From contig NC_043014.1 in assembly GCF_006345805.1 (NCBI RefSeq), positions 20,274,001-20,338,000 on the forward strand: DNA of 64,000 nt. The letters run 5' to 3'. Below are positions 12,338-23,903 of this stretch, piece after piece. The notes below the pieces were generated by a model. That model was not told where the DNA came from, did no database searches, and was given only the letters and a program-made list of their open reading frames with translations. The stretch is from Octopus sinensis (lineage: Eukaryota). The translations under genes and the position numbers were made by a program. The first letter of the stretch is position 1, and each line of letters opens with the position of its first letter.

Positions 12338-12359
12338 AAAAATCGGTAGATGCAATGCA

Positions 12360-12730
12360 TATTTCGATCATGAGTATATTTTATCTACACCATAATTTTT
12401 TCTATTATACTAAGGTTGTCAATTACATTATCAACCTTTTGTTTTTCCGTGTACACTTCTGCCTTTAAATATAAACATTTCCGGGGTTATACAGTCGGAA
12501 TATTTTGATATCCCAATGTATTGGTTTATCTTTGATGTATTGTTTGAATGAGAGTTTAATCTTTGTTGAGATTGTACCCTCAACACACGATGGTTTGATG
12601 AGGGTATGCTCCCTCAAGCATGCAGTATTCTTGAATTTTCATATCAGATAATTGAACAAAAGGCGTGTTTTATAGATTTCACCGTCCGTATCAATTTGTG
12701 TATCTTTCTCTTCCACAGCATTCAATACTG
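12360..12730 (-). mobile_element. piggyBac-like transposase relic
   Basis: Hand translation of 12492-12551 gives SFKQYIKDKPIHWDIKIFRL, matching the piggyBac motif SFKQYIPxKPxKxGIK; upstream IYKTRLLFNYL. Contains stops. Confidence 0.65.
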
Positions 12731-12799
12731 ATGAAATAACATGAAACACGTCTCTAGCCATGGCGCTGTATTCATTTATGAGTCTCTAAACCATCAATG

Positions 12800-13012
12800 A
12801 ATTAGTTTCAAATTTTGGCACAAGGCTAGCATCTTTTGGAGAGGGGCTAACGCGATTACATCGACCCCAGCCCTCGACTGGTATTTACATTATTGACCCC
12901 GAAAGGATGAAAGGCAAAGTCTACTTCGGCGGAATTTGATCTCAGAACGTAAAGACGGACGAAATATCGCAAAACATCTTGCCCGGCGTGTTAACGATTC
13001 TCTCTGTTCGCC
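12800..13012 (-). mobile_element. tRNA-derived SINE family b, near-complete
   Basis: Minus strand: tRNA-like head (aatcgttaacacgccgggc, gttctgagatcaaattccgcc), core 'ctttgcctttcatcctttcggggtcaataa', tail 'gccttgtgccaaaatttgaaact'. Confidence 0.85.
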
Positions 13013-15173
13013 CCTGGAACTCTTAAAATATTCACATTTGTTTTTGTATAGAATAGCTTCCATCCCAAATGTCTCGCCGCATATCAATTGAATTTAGAGT
13101 TCAACCACACAATTTATATGACTCACACTTTTAGTCAAACTCAAATGTCATAGATCATCCTCCCAGACTAAGTCAGTAAGGGTGGTCTCGGCATTGGGTT
13201 CGTTTGAATATTCTTTGCTAATGATGACTAGCTGACGGAAAGCCAGCGTCCAGTAAAGGCATTGGTGTCCCTACTAGTGGGGTGATGATGGTGTGTTTCT
13301 AAATCTAAAATCAGTACCATATCCTCTACTACGACTACAAGTACTCTGCTTAGGACATATATATGTGTGTGTATTGGGAGTACCCTGCCCATCATTATCT
13401 GACTTAATGATGCACTATGCACACATTCATTATAGTTACTCAGCTCAGAATCGCTTTGTTTTCGAAGTTACTATCGTTACTATAACTATCGCACTGGTTT
13501 ATAACCTGGCTAGCTAATAGCTTTCTATACGCAATGTTTAGGGATTTAGCTTACCAGAAAAAATCCCTAATCTCATGCGTTTGACAATGTATACATTGTC
13601 AAACGCATGAGAGAGGGGAAAAGAGAGAGAGAGAGAGAGCGAAAAATTTCTACATAAACAGTTAAAATATTTTTTTTGCTCACGCACTCAACCGATGATA
13701 CACCAAATATATATTTGCTAGAATTACTACAAAAAGTTTTTATAAAATATATTATTGGTAAATAATAACTGTCTAAACTGCAGGAAAATATTAAATATGT
13801 ATCCTCACGAACCATGTAGAAAGCCTTAAAATTATCCCTTGATATGCGGGAAATAGCACCTAGATTTCCCTCACATCACATCTTAGCTCTCTTCAGAATG
13901 ACAGTATATGTTCAGAATAATATAGTCCTAGATTAAGAATACATTAAAAGCAAAAGATAGAAATAGCCATTTAAAAATGACCTCCTAAACTGCATTCACT
14001 CTAAGTTTTGAAACACTAGATCTGAAACGAAATAGATAAAATATCGTTTACATCAAACCCTCAAGCATAATTCTTTACGGCTGATAAATGATTACTTGTG
14101 GTTATACTATCAGTTTTAAACGTCGGTGCAGTTGTCCCAAGAATATAAGTATAAATAGTCAATTCAGAAGAAAGTGCTACAACTTTTCAAAATTTAAAAT
14201 GATGTTATCTCTGGCTCAACACTTCTTGTTCAAAATTATTTGATCGTTTGTCGAGAATGATTGTATGATTTCGATGAAAAATGAAGAGTTACATTTGTTT
14301 GAGCGAGAAAATAAGAATGTTGTCCCAACAGAGAATAAAATCGTATGATACTTCATGTTCACAAAATAGGACCCAACATCCAGGATCTTCAACCTGATAC
14401 ATCGATAACTTTTGTTTTGGAATGGCAGCTCTTTTCACATTGTTTATTTGTTTTTTTTTTCAGAAAATTGTTTACACAGCTACAGGGTTCCTTGAGAAAA
14501 AATACCGTTTGTAATGACCTCTCTTATTGTGGGTTAAATACTGCATTCAACTATTAACACAAACTGTGATGACTTTTGTACAATACTGTATAGACACGAT
14601 AACCAGGAAAGAGATGTAGTAGGCGATCTTGAAATGGTCCTACTTTGTATTTGCTTTCAAATGCGATTTGATTTCAGATTGATCGTTGGATCTAAAACAA
14701 AGCATCATGGTAGAGTCATATCACATATTAATAATAGATTAACACTATTCTATTCACTCTCTAATTATAATTATTTTCAATAGTAATGCTATATTATAAG
14801 TTATCAACATCTTCCTACTTGCATGTACAACCGCGTAACGGATACCTGACGTATTTCTATTAACAACACGGAAGCCATTATTAATGTTCATTTAAATGGG
14901 AAACAACTAAATGCACTCGGTGAACGTGCACACTTAATGAATCCATTGAATGTGTTATTGTTATTGTTCATTTTCAACACCTGATCACAGAATAAGTCAC
15001 CTGATAAAAACCAGAATATGTGTGTTTGTACGTGTGTGTGAGTGTCTGTCTGTCTGTTGTGTGTGTGAGAGAGAGACACTGTTCGTGTGTGCATTCATAT
15101 TCATACTTATATACACGCATACATACACGCACACACACACACGCACACACACACACAAACACACACATATATA

Positions 15174-15208
<35 letters not shown>

Positions 15209-15471
15209 ATCATGAACTCTCCCGTTGTTACACGACGAATGGTGGTTCGGCGATTTCTTACTGAACAACCCACACAGATGATTTGTTTGTAGTGGCCAAA
15301 TGCTTGTGTTCTCATAAGCTCACCCACTCCATGAAATCGACATTACTTGTACAGCTACATCGTGAGCCACATGTCACATTACGAAATGATCACAGACCAT
15401 CATGAAATGAAGTGCTTCTGGGAATCGAAACCATGATCTCGCAATAAGTAACCACCAAGCCATACACCTTC

Positions 15472-15511
<40 letters not shown>

Positions 15512-15524
15512 GGGTGTGTATTCG

Positions 15525-15738
15525 AGGGGTGGTTAAAAGTTCTTCGGCTTGGGCAAAAGAAAACAAAAGAAGATCAGTTAATTGATTTTATTCAACATAT
15601 TCCCCTCTCAGATTCACAAACAAATTGCAACGGTCCTTCACTTTTTGTAAGCCTTGTGAAAGAACACTGAAGGTTAGGCCTGCAGCCAGGCCTTTCGCGA
15701 GACCCTTAAAGCTAGGAACTTTACAGCATCTCCCCGTA
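15525..15738 (-). mobile_element. Mariner-derived MITE (about 215 bp)
   Basis: TIRs cgaggggtggttaaaagttc / gaactttacagcatctccccg. Interior translates to a mariner C-terminus (GLQKVKDRC..LRGEYVE). Related copies at 21858-22062 and 23693-23903. Confidence 0.75.
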
Positions 15739-15769
15739 CACGTGTATATATGAATATATACATATATGT

Positions 15770-15868
15770 TCTTGTATGTATGTATGAATGTGTATGTATG
15801 AATGTATGTATAGATGGGTGGATGCATGTATGTATTTATGTATTTATGTGTGTATTTATGTACGTATG

Positions 15869-15900
<32 letters not shown>

Positions 15901-16000
15901 GATGGATGGATGTATGTATGTATGTATTTATGTATGTATGTATGTATGTATGCATGTATGTATGTATGTATGTATGTATGTATGTATGTATGTATGTACG
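15770..16000. repeat. (TATG)n microsatellite
   Basis: Direct reading. Confidence 0.95.
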
Positions 16001-16024
16001 TATGTGCAGATTTGTATCTTTTAT

Positions 16025-16299
16025 GTATGTATTCTCAGACATGCTCGTATATATTGAAATGATATACTTCTGAGAATTTTTACAGACTTTTACAGTTCCA
16101 GTGAGGGATTCGATCTGTAGTCTTCGAATCAGCTTTCTCCTTTCTAATTTTCAGAAGTCTAATTTCTCATAATTGCTATTCAGGCAGTGTGGTATGGCCG
16201 CAATAATTACAGGTATAAGCCTAAACTTGTAATCTGGATAGAGTAACTGCAGATTTCTCAATACTTCAACATAAGTGTTCCCTTTTTCACCGATCTTGA
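16025..16299 (-). mobile_element. 3' fragment of an RLE-type non-LTR retrotransposon embedded in (CATA)n
   Basis: KIGEKGNTYVEVLRNLQLLYPDYKFRLIPVIIAA resembles the RLE C-terminus (K..KY..L...P.I.GA.G); flanked on both sides by (TATG)n. Confidence 0.6.
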
Positions 16300-16344
16300 A
16301 TGTATGTATGTATGTATGTATGTATGTATGTATGTATGTATATA

Positions 16345-17625
16345 TAGATATATCTGCGGGCACTTCAACACTATCTCGACCTCCGCCCCAACCTTGAACC
16401 CGACACCTCCACACTCATTCGCCTGGCCGAACTTGTTCTTTCTCTTAACTGTTTCTCGTTCGGGGGTGAGTTCTACCAACAGTTCTCGGGAGTGGCCATG
16501 GGAACGCGAATGGGCCCCAACTATGCGAACCTGTTCGTTGGCTATGTTGAGGCCCAAATATTCTCTAATTTCACTGGTCCCACTCCCGAACTATGCGGTC
16601 GTTACATTGACGACAGTATCGGTGCCACCTCACTCTCCTGTGAACATCTAGATTCCTTCCTCTCTTTCGTTCAATCCTTCCATCCTGCCCTCCACTTCAC
16701 CTCCACTATCTCCTACACCTCTGTCTCCTTCCTCGACATTTCGGTCAGCATTTATCACTCCACTCTTACCACCTCCATTCACTACAAACACACAGACTCA
16801 CACTCATACCTAAACTTCTCTTCCTCCCACCCCAAACACACTAAGCTTTCCATCCCCTATTCCCAATTCCTCCGTCTACGTAGGCTCTGTAGTGACGACC
16901 ATGACTTTGAGACTCAGTCTCAACTCATGGCTCGCCACTTCATCCTACGTGGATATCCCCTCACCACTATCCACACCGCCCTTGCCAGAGCACGTTTCTC
17001 TCCTTCTTTCTCCTCCCCTCCTCCTTCTCTTCTTCTCCTCCTCTCCTTCTTTCTCCTCTCCCTCCTCATCCTCCCCTCTCCCCTTCATCTCCCCTTCCCC
17101 CTCCTCCCCATCTCCCCTCCTTTCCTCTCCCCCTCCTCCCCCTCTACCCTCCTTTCCTCTGCCCCTCCTCCCCACCCCTCTCTCCCCCACATCACACTAC
17201 ACTACACCATACGACATTACACATCACATCATACATACATACACACGTCCAAACCACCAGCCCTCTTCCACATGCACATACATACTCTCTTATGCACATA
17301 CGCACCTTCAGGTTGGAGCGAGGTCACTTGACCCTGTTATCTCCCCTACTATCCCTCTAGCGTCTAACGTCTGACCTATAACGTTTGACCTCCGATCTCT
17401 GACTTCTGAAATCAGAACGCCATGTTGGATCGTTAGCCCCTACACGCAATTTTTTTCTCTCCTTGTTTCTCTGCTTGTTTCTTTTCTGTGTATCTTTCTG
17501 TCGAAGAGCGTAGGCTCGAAACATAAAAGACTTGTTTTATTTCTATTCCTGAGCGCCATCCTAATACATTGTTTGTTTGTACTCCACCTGCCTTCGTCTT
17601 TTGTTTATTTTCGTAAACCTTCCCG

Positions 17626-17628
<3 letters not shown>
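16345..17628 (+). mobile_element. Neptune-like PLE: 5'-truncated RT in one open frame, endonuclease replaced by a pyrimidine tract, ending in a family A terminus
   Basis: Open frame 16354 to about 16995: GVAMGTRMGPNYANLFVG, RYIDD, SFLDI, DSHSYLNFSSSHP, SIPYSQFLRLRRLCS, RGYP. CT tract about 16997-17190. HHR-like motif 17494-17528; (TA)n downstream. Confidence 0.88.
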
Positions 17629-17660
<32 letters not shown>

Positions 17661-17663
<3 letters not shown>

Positions 17664-18534
17664 AATATTAGGGAATATATCCAATTTACAGGGAAAAAAA
17701 ATCAGATTTAGGATTAAATCCAATTTTATAGTAAAATATTATAAAATATTATTTGAGACAAAACCACTATTTTGCAAAACAAACAAGGAAAGACTTTGAC
17801 TTCGTGTTTCGACGAAGCATCAACTTTTCTCAGGAGTTCACGAAAATGAATAAAACATCGAAAATATATCCCCGAAGGTTCTGAAAAGAGTTGAGTTGAG
17901 AGAAGAGAAATGATGATGGAATAAAGTATTGTTCCCGAGGTCGTATCTCACGGTGATCGTTAGCGGGGAGACGTATTTCCAGCCAGCCACTGGATATAGC
18001 TTTTCCCCCATCTGCTTGGTGGATCTCATAGGGTGTCCGAAAAATATTACTTGCAGATCAATCAGAAAGAAGTTATGAGTGAGGTTATGGCCTTGATGCC
18101 TTTCCTGATCGTCAATAGCACCACAAAATAAACGAAATGACTCAACCTGAACCGGAAATGGACGTTTGCATTTGGCGTCAGATTGCTTTGTGTGAACCCT
18201 GACAGTCGAAAATACCAACTTATTTCCAGACGAAAAAATATTAACTTCTCCCAGGCGCCGAAATCATAATGATTCTTTCTGGTAAAACATTGGCTGATGA
18301 AAGGTTAAAAACCATTAGCCTGGTACAAACTACCTGATTTAAAAGGAAATTTATCGTATACGCCGAGTCCTTCGCTCCCAAGCTCACATGAACGATTGGA
18401 AGTCCACCTGAAGATTGTCGATCAAGACAAGAAACGATTGTAGTGGCGGTTTTTTTTGACTATTTATTAAATTTTTATGTATTAATTAAGTCTTTCCTTG
18501 TTTGTTTTGCAAAATAGTGGTTTTGTCTCAAATA

Positions 18535-18544
<10 letters not shown>
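17661..18544 (+). mobile_element. HHR-bearing element with 57-bp perfect inverted end segments (PLE-type inversion), flanked by (TA)n
   Basis: 17740-17796 is the exact reverse complement of 18488-18544; HHR at 18404-18446; interior not recognised as coding. Confidence 0.7.
18404..18446 (+). ncRNA. Minimal type I hammerhead ribozyme with intact core
   Basis: CCAC-CTGAAGA-TTGTC(GATCAA)GACAA-GAAA-C(GATT)G-TA-GTGG; 4-bp stem I, 5-bp stem II, GUA cleavage triplet. Confidence 0.85.
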
Positions 18545-18583
<39 letters not shown>

Positions 18584-18585
18584 TA

Positions 18586-18797
18586 TTGCAACTCGTAAAC
18601 ACCAGTCGTCTTTTTTCTCTTTCCCTGTTGCCCGCTCTGGGATCTTTCTTTCCTCTCTCTTCCTTCTTTATGTTTCCGACGAAGAGCTCCGCTCGAAACG
18701 TCATACCTCCCTGCTTCCTTTTCCTGAGCGCCTATTAATAATAATACTGTAATTGTTCCATTGTTGTTGTTTTTTTGTTTCCCCTTTGGATTAAAAT
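18586..18797 (+). mobile_element. Family B solo PLE terminus with HHR-like motif (U4C core variant), flanked by (TA)n
   Basis: CCGACGA-A-GAGC(TCC)GCTC-GAAAC-GTC at about 18675-18706; homologous to 33061-33266 and 44598-44752. Confidence 0.7.
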
Positions 18798-18832
<35 letters not shown>

Positions 18833-19290
18833 CGTTTTACCGCATGCATTTTTTGTAAGAGATTTCACGAAGAATCAGTATCTCCTGTGGGTATTATCGT
18901 TCCAATACTATGGTCAGTAAACCAGCGAACCCTATTCTAATTCGATATGGTGTATTCCCAACTAATATTCTTCTGCAGAACAGTTATCTAGAAATGTGCC
19001 ATTTCATTCTCGTCTTATCTATTATTCTGTCTTAACAATTAATTTCCTGTTCTATTGCGCTCATATTATAGCTTATTCCACTCTTCTACTCATACTTCTT
19101 TTTGTTGTCTTTTAATTTTATCTTGTAATATACACGATGTGCCAATGCCTCGATCTATATAAAGCGTAACATCTATTTATTTGTATCTTCGAAAGTTGAC
19201 CTTAAGGAATGTGCAATATATCTTTCTTATCAGTTTAATATAAAAGGAATGCATGTCTATGTTTATAAATGAGTGTTGTGTGTGAGAGAG

Positions 19291-19328
<38 letters not shown>

Positions 19329-20333
19329 TGTGTGAGAGTAGCCGTGTGTATGTGCGTGCGAGTGTGCGTGTGAGAGCGAGGATATATCTTGAAAACCCAC
19401 ACAAGGCCATAGAGATATCAGAATATATATGTGGTTTTAATGTAACTCTTGTAGGGAAGAAAATTCTTAACGTTTCGGGCTAGTTTCTTTCATCAGAATG
19501 AATACGAAGAGAGAGCGAGAGAAAGAGAATCTAAATGAAAAGAAATAAGTCCCGAAAAGCTATGTATTGCCTAATCAAGTATAATTGTCGAAACTGAGTG
19601 AACAATTAGCGAAAATAGCTTTCAAGAGAAAAAGAGAGAAAATGAAGGATAATGGATAACATGTGCATGGCTATGAGCGTGTGTTTGGCTTCTCTGTGAT
19701 AGTTTCGGAACGTTGAATGTGTAGACGTGTGTATTAGTTTATGTGCTTTTGAAACAATCATACCAAAATATTTATGCACACCAGAAAACAGTCACATTCG
19801 CAGAGAAAACAAAAACACAAACGCACACAAACACATTCCAAAAGCTTGTAACACATCACACCTGAATGATATACAAACGTAAGTGATATCCACGTCTCCG
19901 AATATCACACGCTTTAGAAACAAATACTCGTACACATGCCACTTCCAACTTCCACTCACAAGGACACCTACAGTGTATACACGATCACACAATATGCACC
20001 ACGATATTAAAACACACATTCCCCGCCATATAAAAAAAAAACGCATACTTTTGATTCAAACAATGTGTATTCGCATACACATTCGCATACAGAAACACAT
20101 ACACACACACAAACACGCATACTCAAACATACGCGCGCGCACACACACACGGACATACACACAGGCACGCGCGCGCGCTCACAGTTACGCACATTCATAT
20201 TAATATTTAGCAGAAGCAACACAGAAAATCAAGGGACCTTGATTCGCTCTGTTGCTTCTATGAAATATTAGTTTTAATAAAGAACATGCATGAGCTCGTA
20301 TTTCTAGTTCAATTTTTCCTGTATGCATCACCA

Positions 20334-20402
<69 letters not shown>

Positions 20403-21857
20403 CCAGTTGACACAATGTGAGGTTTCACTCAAATTTCAATCCTTTGATTTCTTCAGGAATGAATGACACAAAAACATTACATTCTATAAGAATATATCTA
20501 AGACGTAGCATAACAATCTCCATAACTATTGATAAGCTACTTGCAGAAACTCTGCGCCATGTGAACGAAAGCAACGCAGAAATTGTAATCTGTATTTATG
20601 CTTTACATAATAAAAAGCCTGTTGCAGAAGACTGCCAAAACACCAACAGTGCTTATATAGGCAAAAATTTTGACTTTTTCAAAAATGTTTATTAGAGAGC
20701 CGGCTGAATTCGCCGCATGACTCGGCTCATGTAATCGGTTTTTCTTTCATCTGGTTCTGAGACAAGTGGACATTATACAAGTCATAAATACCGACTGCGT
20801 ATTCTGAGGTCTTTTCATTTATATAACAAGTGTAAAGAGCAAAATTTCAGGAAAGTTTCCACTTACTCTATCCTGTAACTTGTTCAAAAAAGATGCCCCC
20901 TACACAGAATACTGCTACTTTTTTTACAAAACTGCGATCAATTGAAATATACCTGTATATTCGCGTTTGTGTATTAAGATAATATCATGCATTACAGAAA
21001 AGATATATAGATACCTGCAGAACCTTATCATGTACTCTTCACAACTGTAAATGATTGAGTTTACGTATATAATCACACCGTTTAGGCATATAATCACACT
21101 CAATTTTCACGAGCAATAGACTTCTCTAATTTATAGTGTACTGTCGCTGTATAGCCACAGCTGAATGGCCAAAACCAATAATCCAGTCTTTACGTGCATG
21201 CGTATGTGTGTGTGTGTGCCTGCGCGCGTGCGTGCGAGAACGCGTGTGTGTGTGTAACAAAGAGAAAGAGAGAGAGTGTGAGAATATCCGAATGTGTCTG
21301 TGTACAAGCACATTTGTCGGCATTTGTACGTAGTTGAAAGTAGTCATTTATTATTCATTCTTCATCTTATGATCTCACAGTTTGTTTAACCTTTACTTCC
21401 TTTCACTCTTGTAATTGTTGGCGAAATTCTGATTATATTGAAGATCGTTGTAGGTTTTTGTTTTCTTTCTTATTTCCATCAGATGTCAAGGTGTTCAACT
21501 ATATATCGCGCCCAAGTGTGTGCGTGTGTCGATGCATGAATAAATTACATATGCTCTAGAGTAATAGTGAAGAAGGCAACGTCAACAACAGCTATTGTGG
21601 CAGAAGCCACCACTCCAACCAACCCCGCTGTAACAACAACAGGAACAGCAACAAGAGCAATGGTGATAGCAGCAGTAATAGCACTACTGAGAGTCAGGCC
21701 AGAAAGTAAAATCTCTCAAGGTATGTCAAACGCCTTCACCTCACGACTCATTGCCCTTTCAGTTTCTTGACATAGACCTAACGAGGAATTCTTGAAACCA
21801 TTTATACAGTCGGCTGCGTTTATGCAATTCCGTATATTGATAGAAATTACAAACAGA

Positions 21858-22062
21858 TATCTGAAAAGTTCCTGGCTTTAAGGGTCACGCGAATGACCTG
21901 GTTGGGAGCCCAACATTCCCAGTTCTTTTACTGGGCTTAGAAAAGCTAAAGAGCCGCTGCAGTAAGTGTGCGAATCTAAGAGGGGAATCCGTTGAATAAA
22001 ATCATAATTAACTCATCCTCCCGTATTTTATTTTACCCAAATCAGGGCCTTTTTAACACTCC
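21858..22062 (+). mobile_element. Mariner-derived MITE copy
   Basis: 'ctgaaaagttcctggctttaagggtc...ttttaacactccccc' homologous to 15525-15738 and 23693-23903. Confidence 0.65.
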
Positions 22063-22289
22063 CCCAAACCTTAATGTCTTAACAAAAAAGATTGTATGGT
22101 CATAGTTGCTATGCTTTTGGTTGTACAGTTGACCAGTCAAAAAGGACCGGGAGCAAAACGACGATGGAATCGCATTCCATATCATGCATGTGTTGTAAAT
22201 ATGAATAAACATTATCTAGTATGGTATTGTCTTCAGTTCACCTGTGCATTGCGTTTTGCGGGAGTTGGATATAATACACAGGTGGGCTG

Positions 22290-23150
22290 AGGAGAATAAC
22301 ATGCAGTTAAAGCTTAAAAGTACCAAAACCCTCGCTAATAGTACCAGAAATTGAATGATAAGCAGACAGGACACACTGGCCCATAAAGGATTGCAGTCTG
22401 ATGGGCGAGATGAGCATTGATATGAGTAATGATGCATCTTCCCAGATGCATACTACTGATTTGGCAATAAAATTCAGACGGTTGGGCTGATAGCTCCTCC
22501 GAACATTCAGAACGAGGGAGCAAGAAACCATGATGGTCCTCTGAAGGACATATTTCCTCAGTCGCTTAGACTACTGCTTATGACTATGTTCACCACACAG
22601 TATAAGATTGATGGCGGAACTGAAAGCTACACAAAAATAAACGTCGCAATGAAACATGGCAGCTAAAGGGGAAGACTGAAAAAGTTAAGACACTACTCTC
22701 TAGCGCGAAGGCGTGAAAGATATGTACTGATATATATCTAGAAAGCCCTGCTTCTACTTCTATCAAACTATGGGCATTGAATGTTACACAAATAGCAGTA
22801 CGGCGCCACTGCATAGCGTCAAAGATCCCGACATCGCCATCAATGTACAGGATCAGATACTGCAATAGTTTAGGCTTCAAAGGCCCATAGCACTTCAATA
22901 TCTTTCCAAAACGCCTGAGAGATCCGTATGATGTGGATGCAGGTGTCTTCAAATCAAAACTGGATCTCCTGTCAAGGATTCCGGATGAACCTTCTCCAGA
23001 GCAGAAAACATAGGTGAAGGCAGCAGTTTCAAACACTTTCATTCACTAAATGTCATATATCGGACGAGATTTCAAATAGTGAAAGTGTAGCAAAGTCATC
23101 TGTGGTGCCCAAGCACGGCCGCGACTCTCGAATTGGAAGCAGTAAGAGTT
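22290..23150 (+). mobile_element. CR1-clade LINE 3' fragment (RT C-terminus and 3' tail), decayed
   Basis: Plus-strand translation: LLRTFRTRE..MMVL, LSRLDYC, YSLARRRERY, RYCNSLGFKGP, FKSKLD..IPDEP, AAVSN. The ORFs listed on the minus strand are antisense to this. Confidence 0.85.
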
Positions 23151-23156
23151 GAAGAG

Positions 23157-23270
<114 letters not shown>

Positions 23271-23334
23271 GTGTGTGTTGTGTGTATAATTATATCTATA
23301 TATATATATAATTACTTTATTTTAAGCAGCAGGA

Positions 23335-23394
23335 AATTCAACAAAATCTGTTACTCTGAGTTTCTCGTTGCGGTTCATCAGACAGTTTTGCTAG
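23335..23394 (-). mobile_element. Family C terminus with HHR-like motif
   Basis: Minus strand: ctgt-CTGATGA-accgcaacga-GAAAC-tcaga-GTA-acag; same family as the arms of 48504-48675. Confidence 0.6.
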
Positions 23395-23424
23395 AATATA
23401 TATATATATATAGAATATATATAT

Positions 23425-23590
23425 AGCCACAGGCACAGCTGTGTTGTAAGAAGCTTGCTATCCAAGCACATGGTTCGAGGTTCTGTCCCGATGTGTAGCA
23501 TCTTGTGTAATTGTCCCCTAGTATAACCTCGAGGCAACCAACCCATTGTGAGTGGATATGGTAAAAGGAAACTGAAAGAACCCCGTCGTA
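23425..23590 (+). mobile_element. tRNA/CORE-like SINE family a, head
   Basis: 'gctgtgttgtaagaagcttgct...ggttc...gtgagtggatatggtaaaaggaaactgaaagaaccccgtcgta'. Confidence 0.75.
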
Positions 23591-23609
23591 TGCATATATA
23601 TATATACAG

Positions 23610-23679
<70 letters not shown>

Positions 23680-23692
23680 TATATACCCGCAC

Positions 23693-23903
23693 ACGAGGGG
23701 TGCAGAAAATTTTGTAGCTTTAAGAGTATCGCGAAAGGCCTAGATGGAGACCCAACATTCAGAGTTCTTTTACAAGGCATAGATAAACTGAAGGACCGTT
23801 GCAGTGAGTGAATCTGAGAGGGAAATATACTGGATAAAATCGTAATAACTGATTCGCCTGTATTTTCTTTTACACAAAGCTGTGAACTTTTCAGCACCCT
23901 CTC
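23693..23903 (+). mobile_element. Mariner-derived MITE copy
   Basis: TIRs cgaggggtgcagaaaa / ttttcagcaccctctcg, followed by TA. Confidence 0.75.

Noticed and set aside
13276-13405. Possible C/D snoRNA (GTGATGA ... CTGA)
   Set aside because: No terminal stem or recognisable rRNA guide; such boxes are expected by chance
14464-14514. Good splice acceptor followed by KIVYTATGFLEKK, reminiscent of the myosin motor motif Y...GFLEKNRD
   Set aside because: The frame stops after four more codons, the conserved N-x-D is absent, there is no convincing donor, and no other myosin exon is visible
17793-17840. Second HHR-like motif on the minus strand of the inverted-end element (CTGAGAA...GAAACACGAAGTC)
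   Set aside because: The core lacks G8, there is no stem II, and stem I is lost at the inversion junction
19465-19500. HHR-like motif on the minus strand (CTGATGA...CCCGAAACGTTA)
   Set aside because: Stem II cannot pair (AAG versus CCC) and stem I needs a bulge; treated as a decayed relic, not a ribozyme
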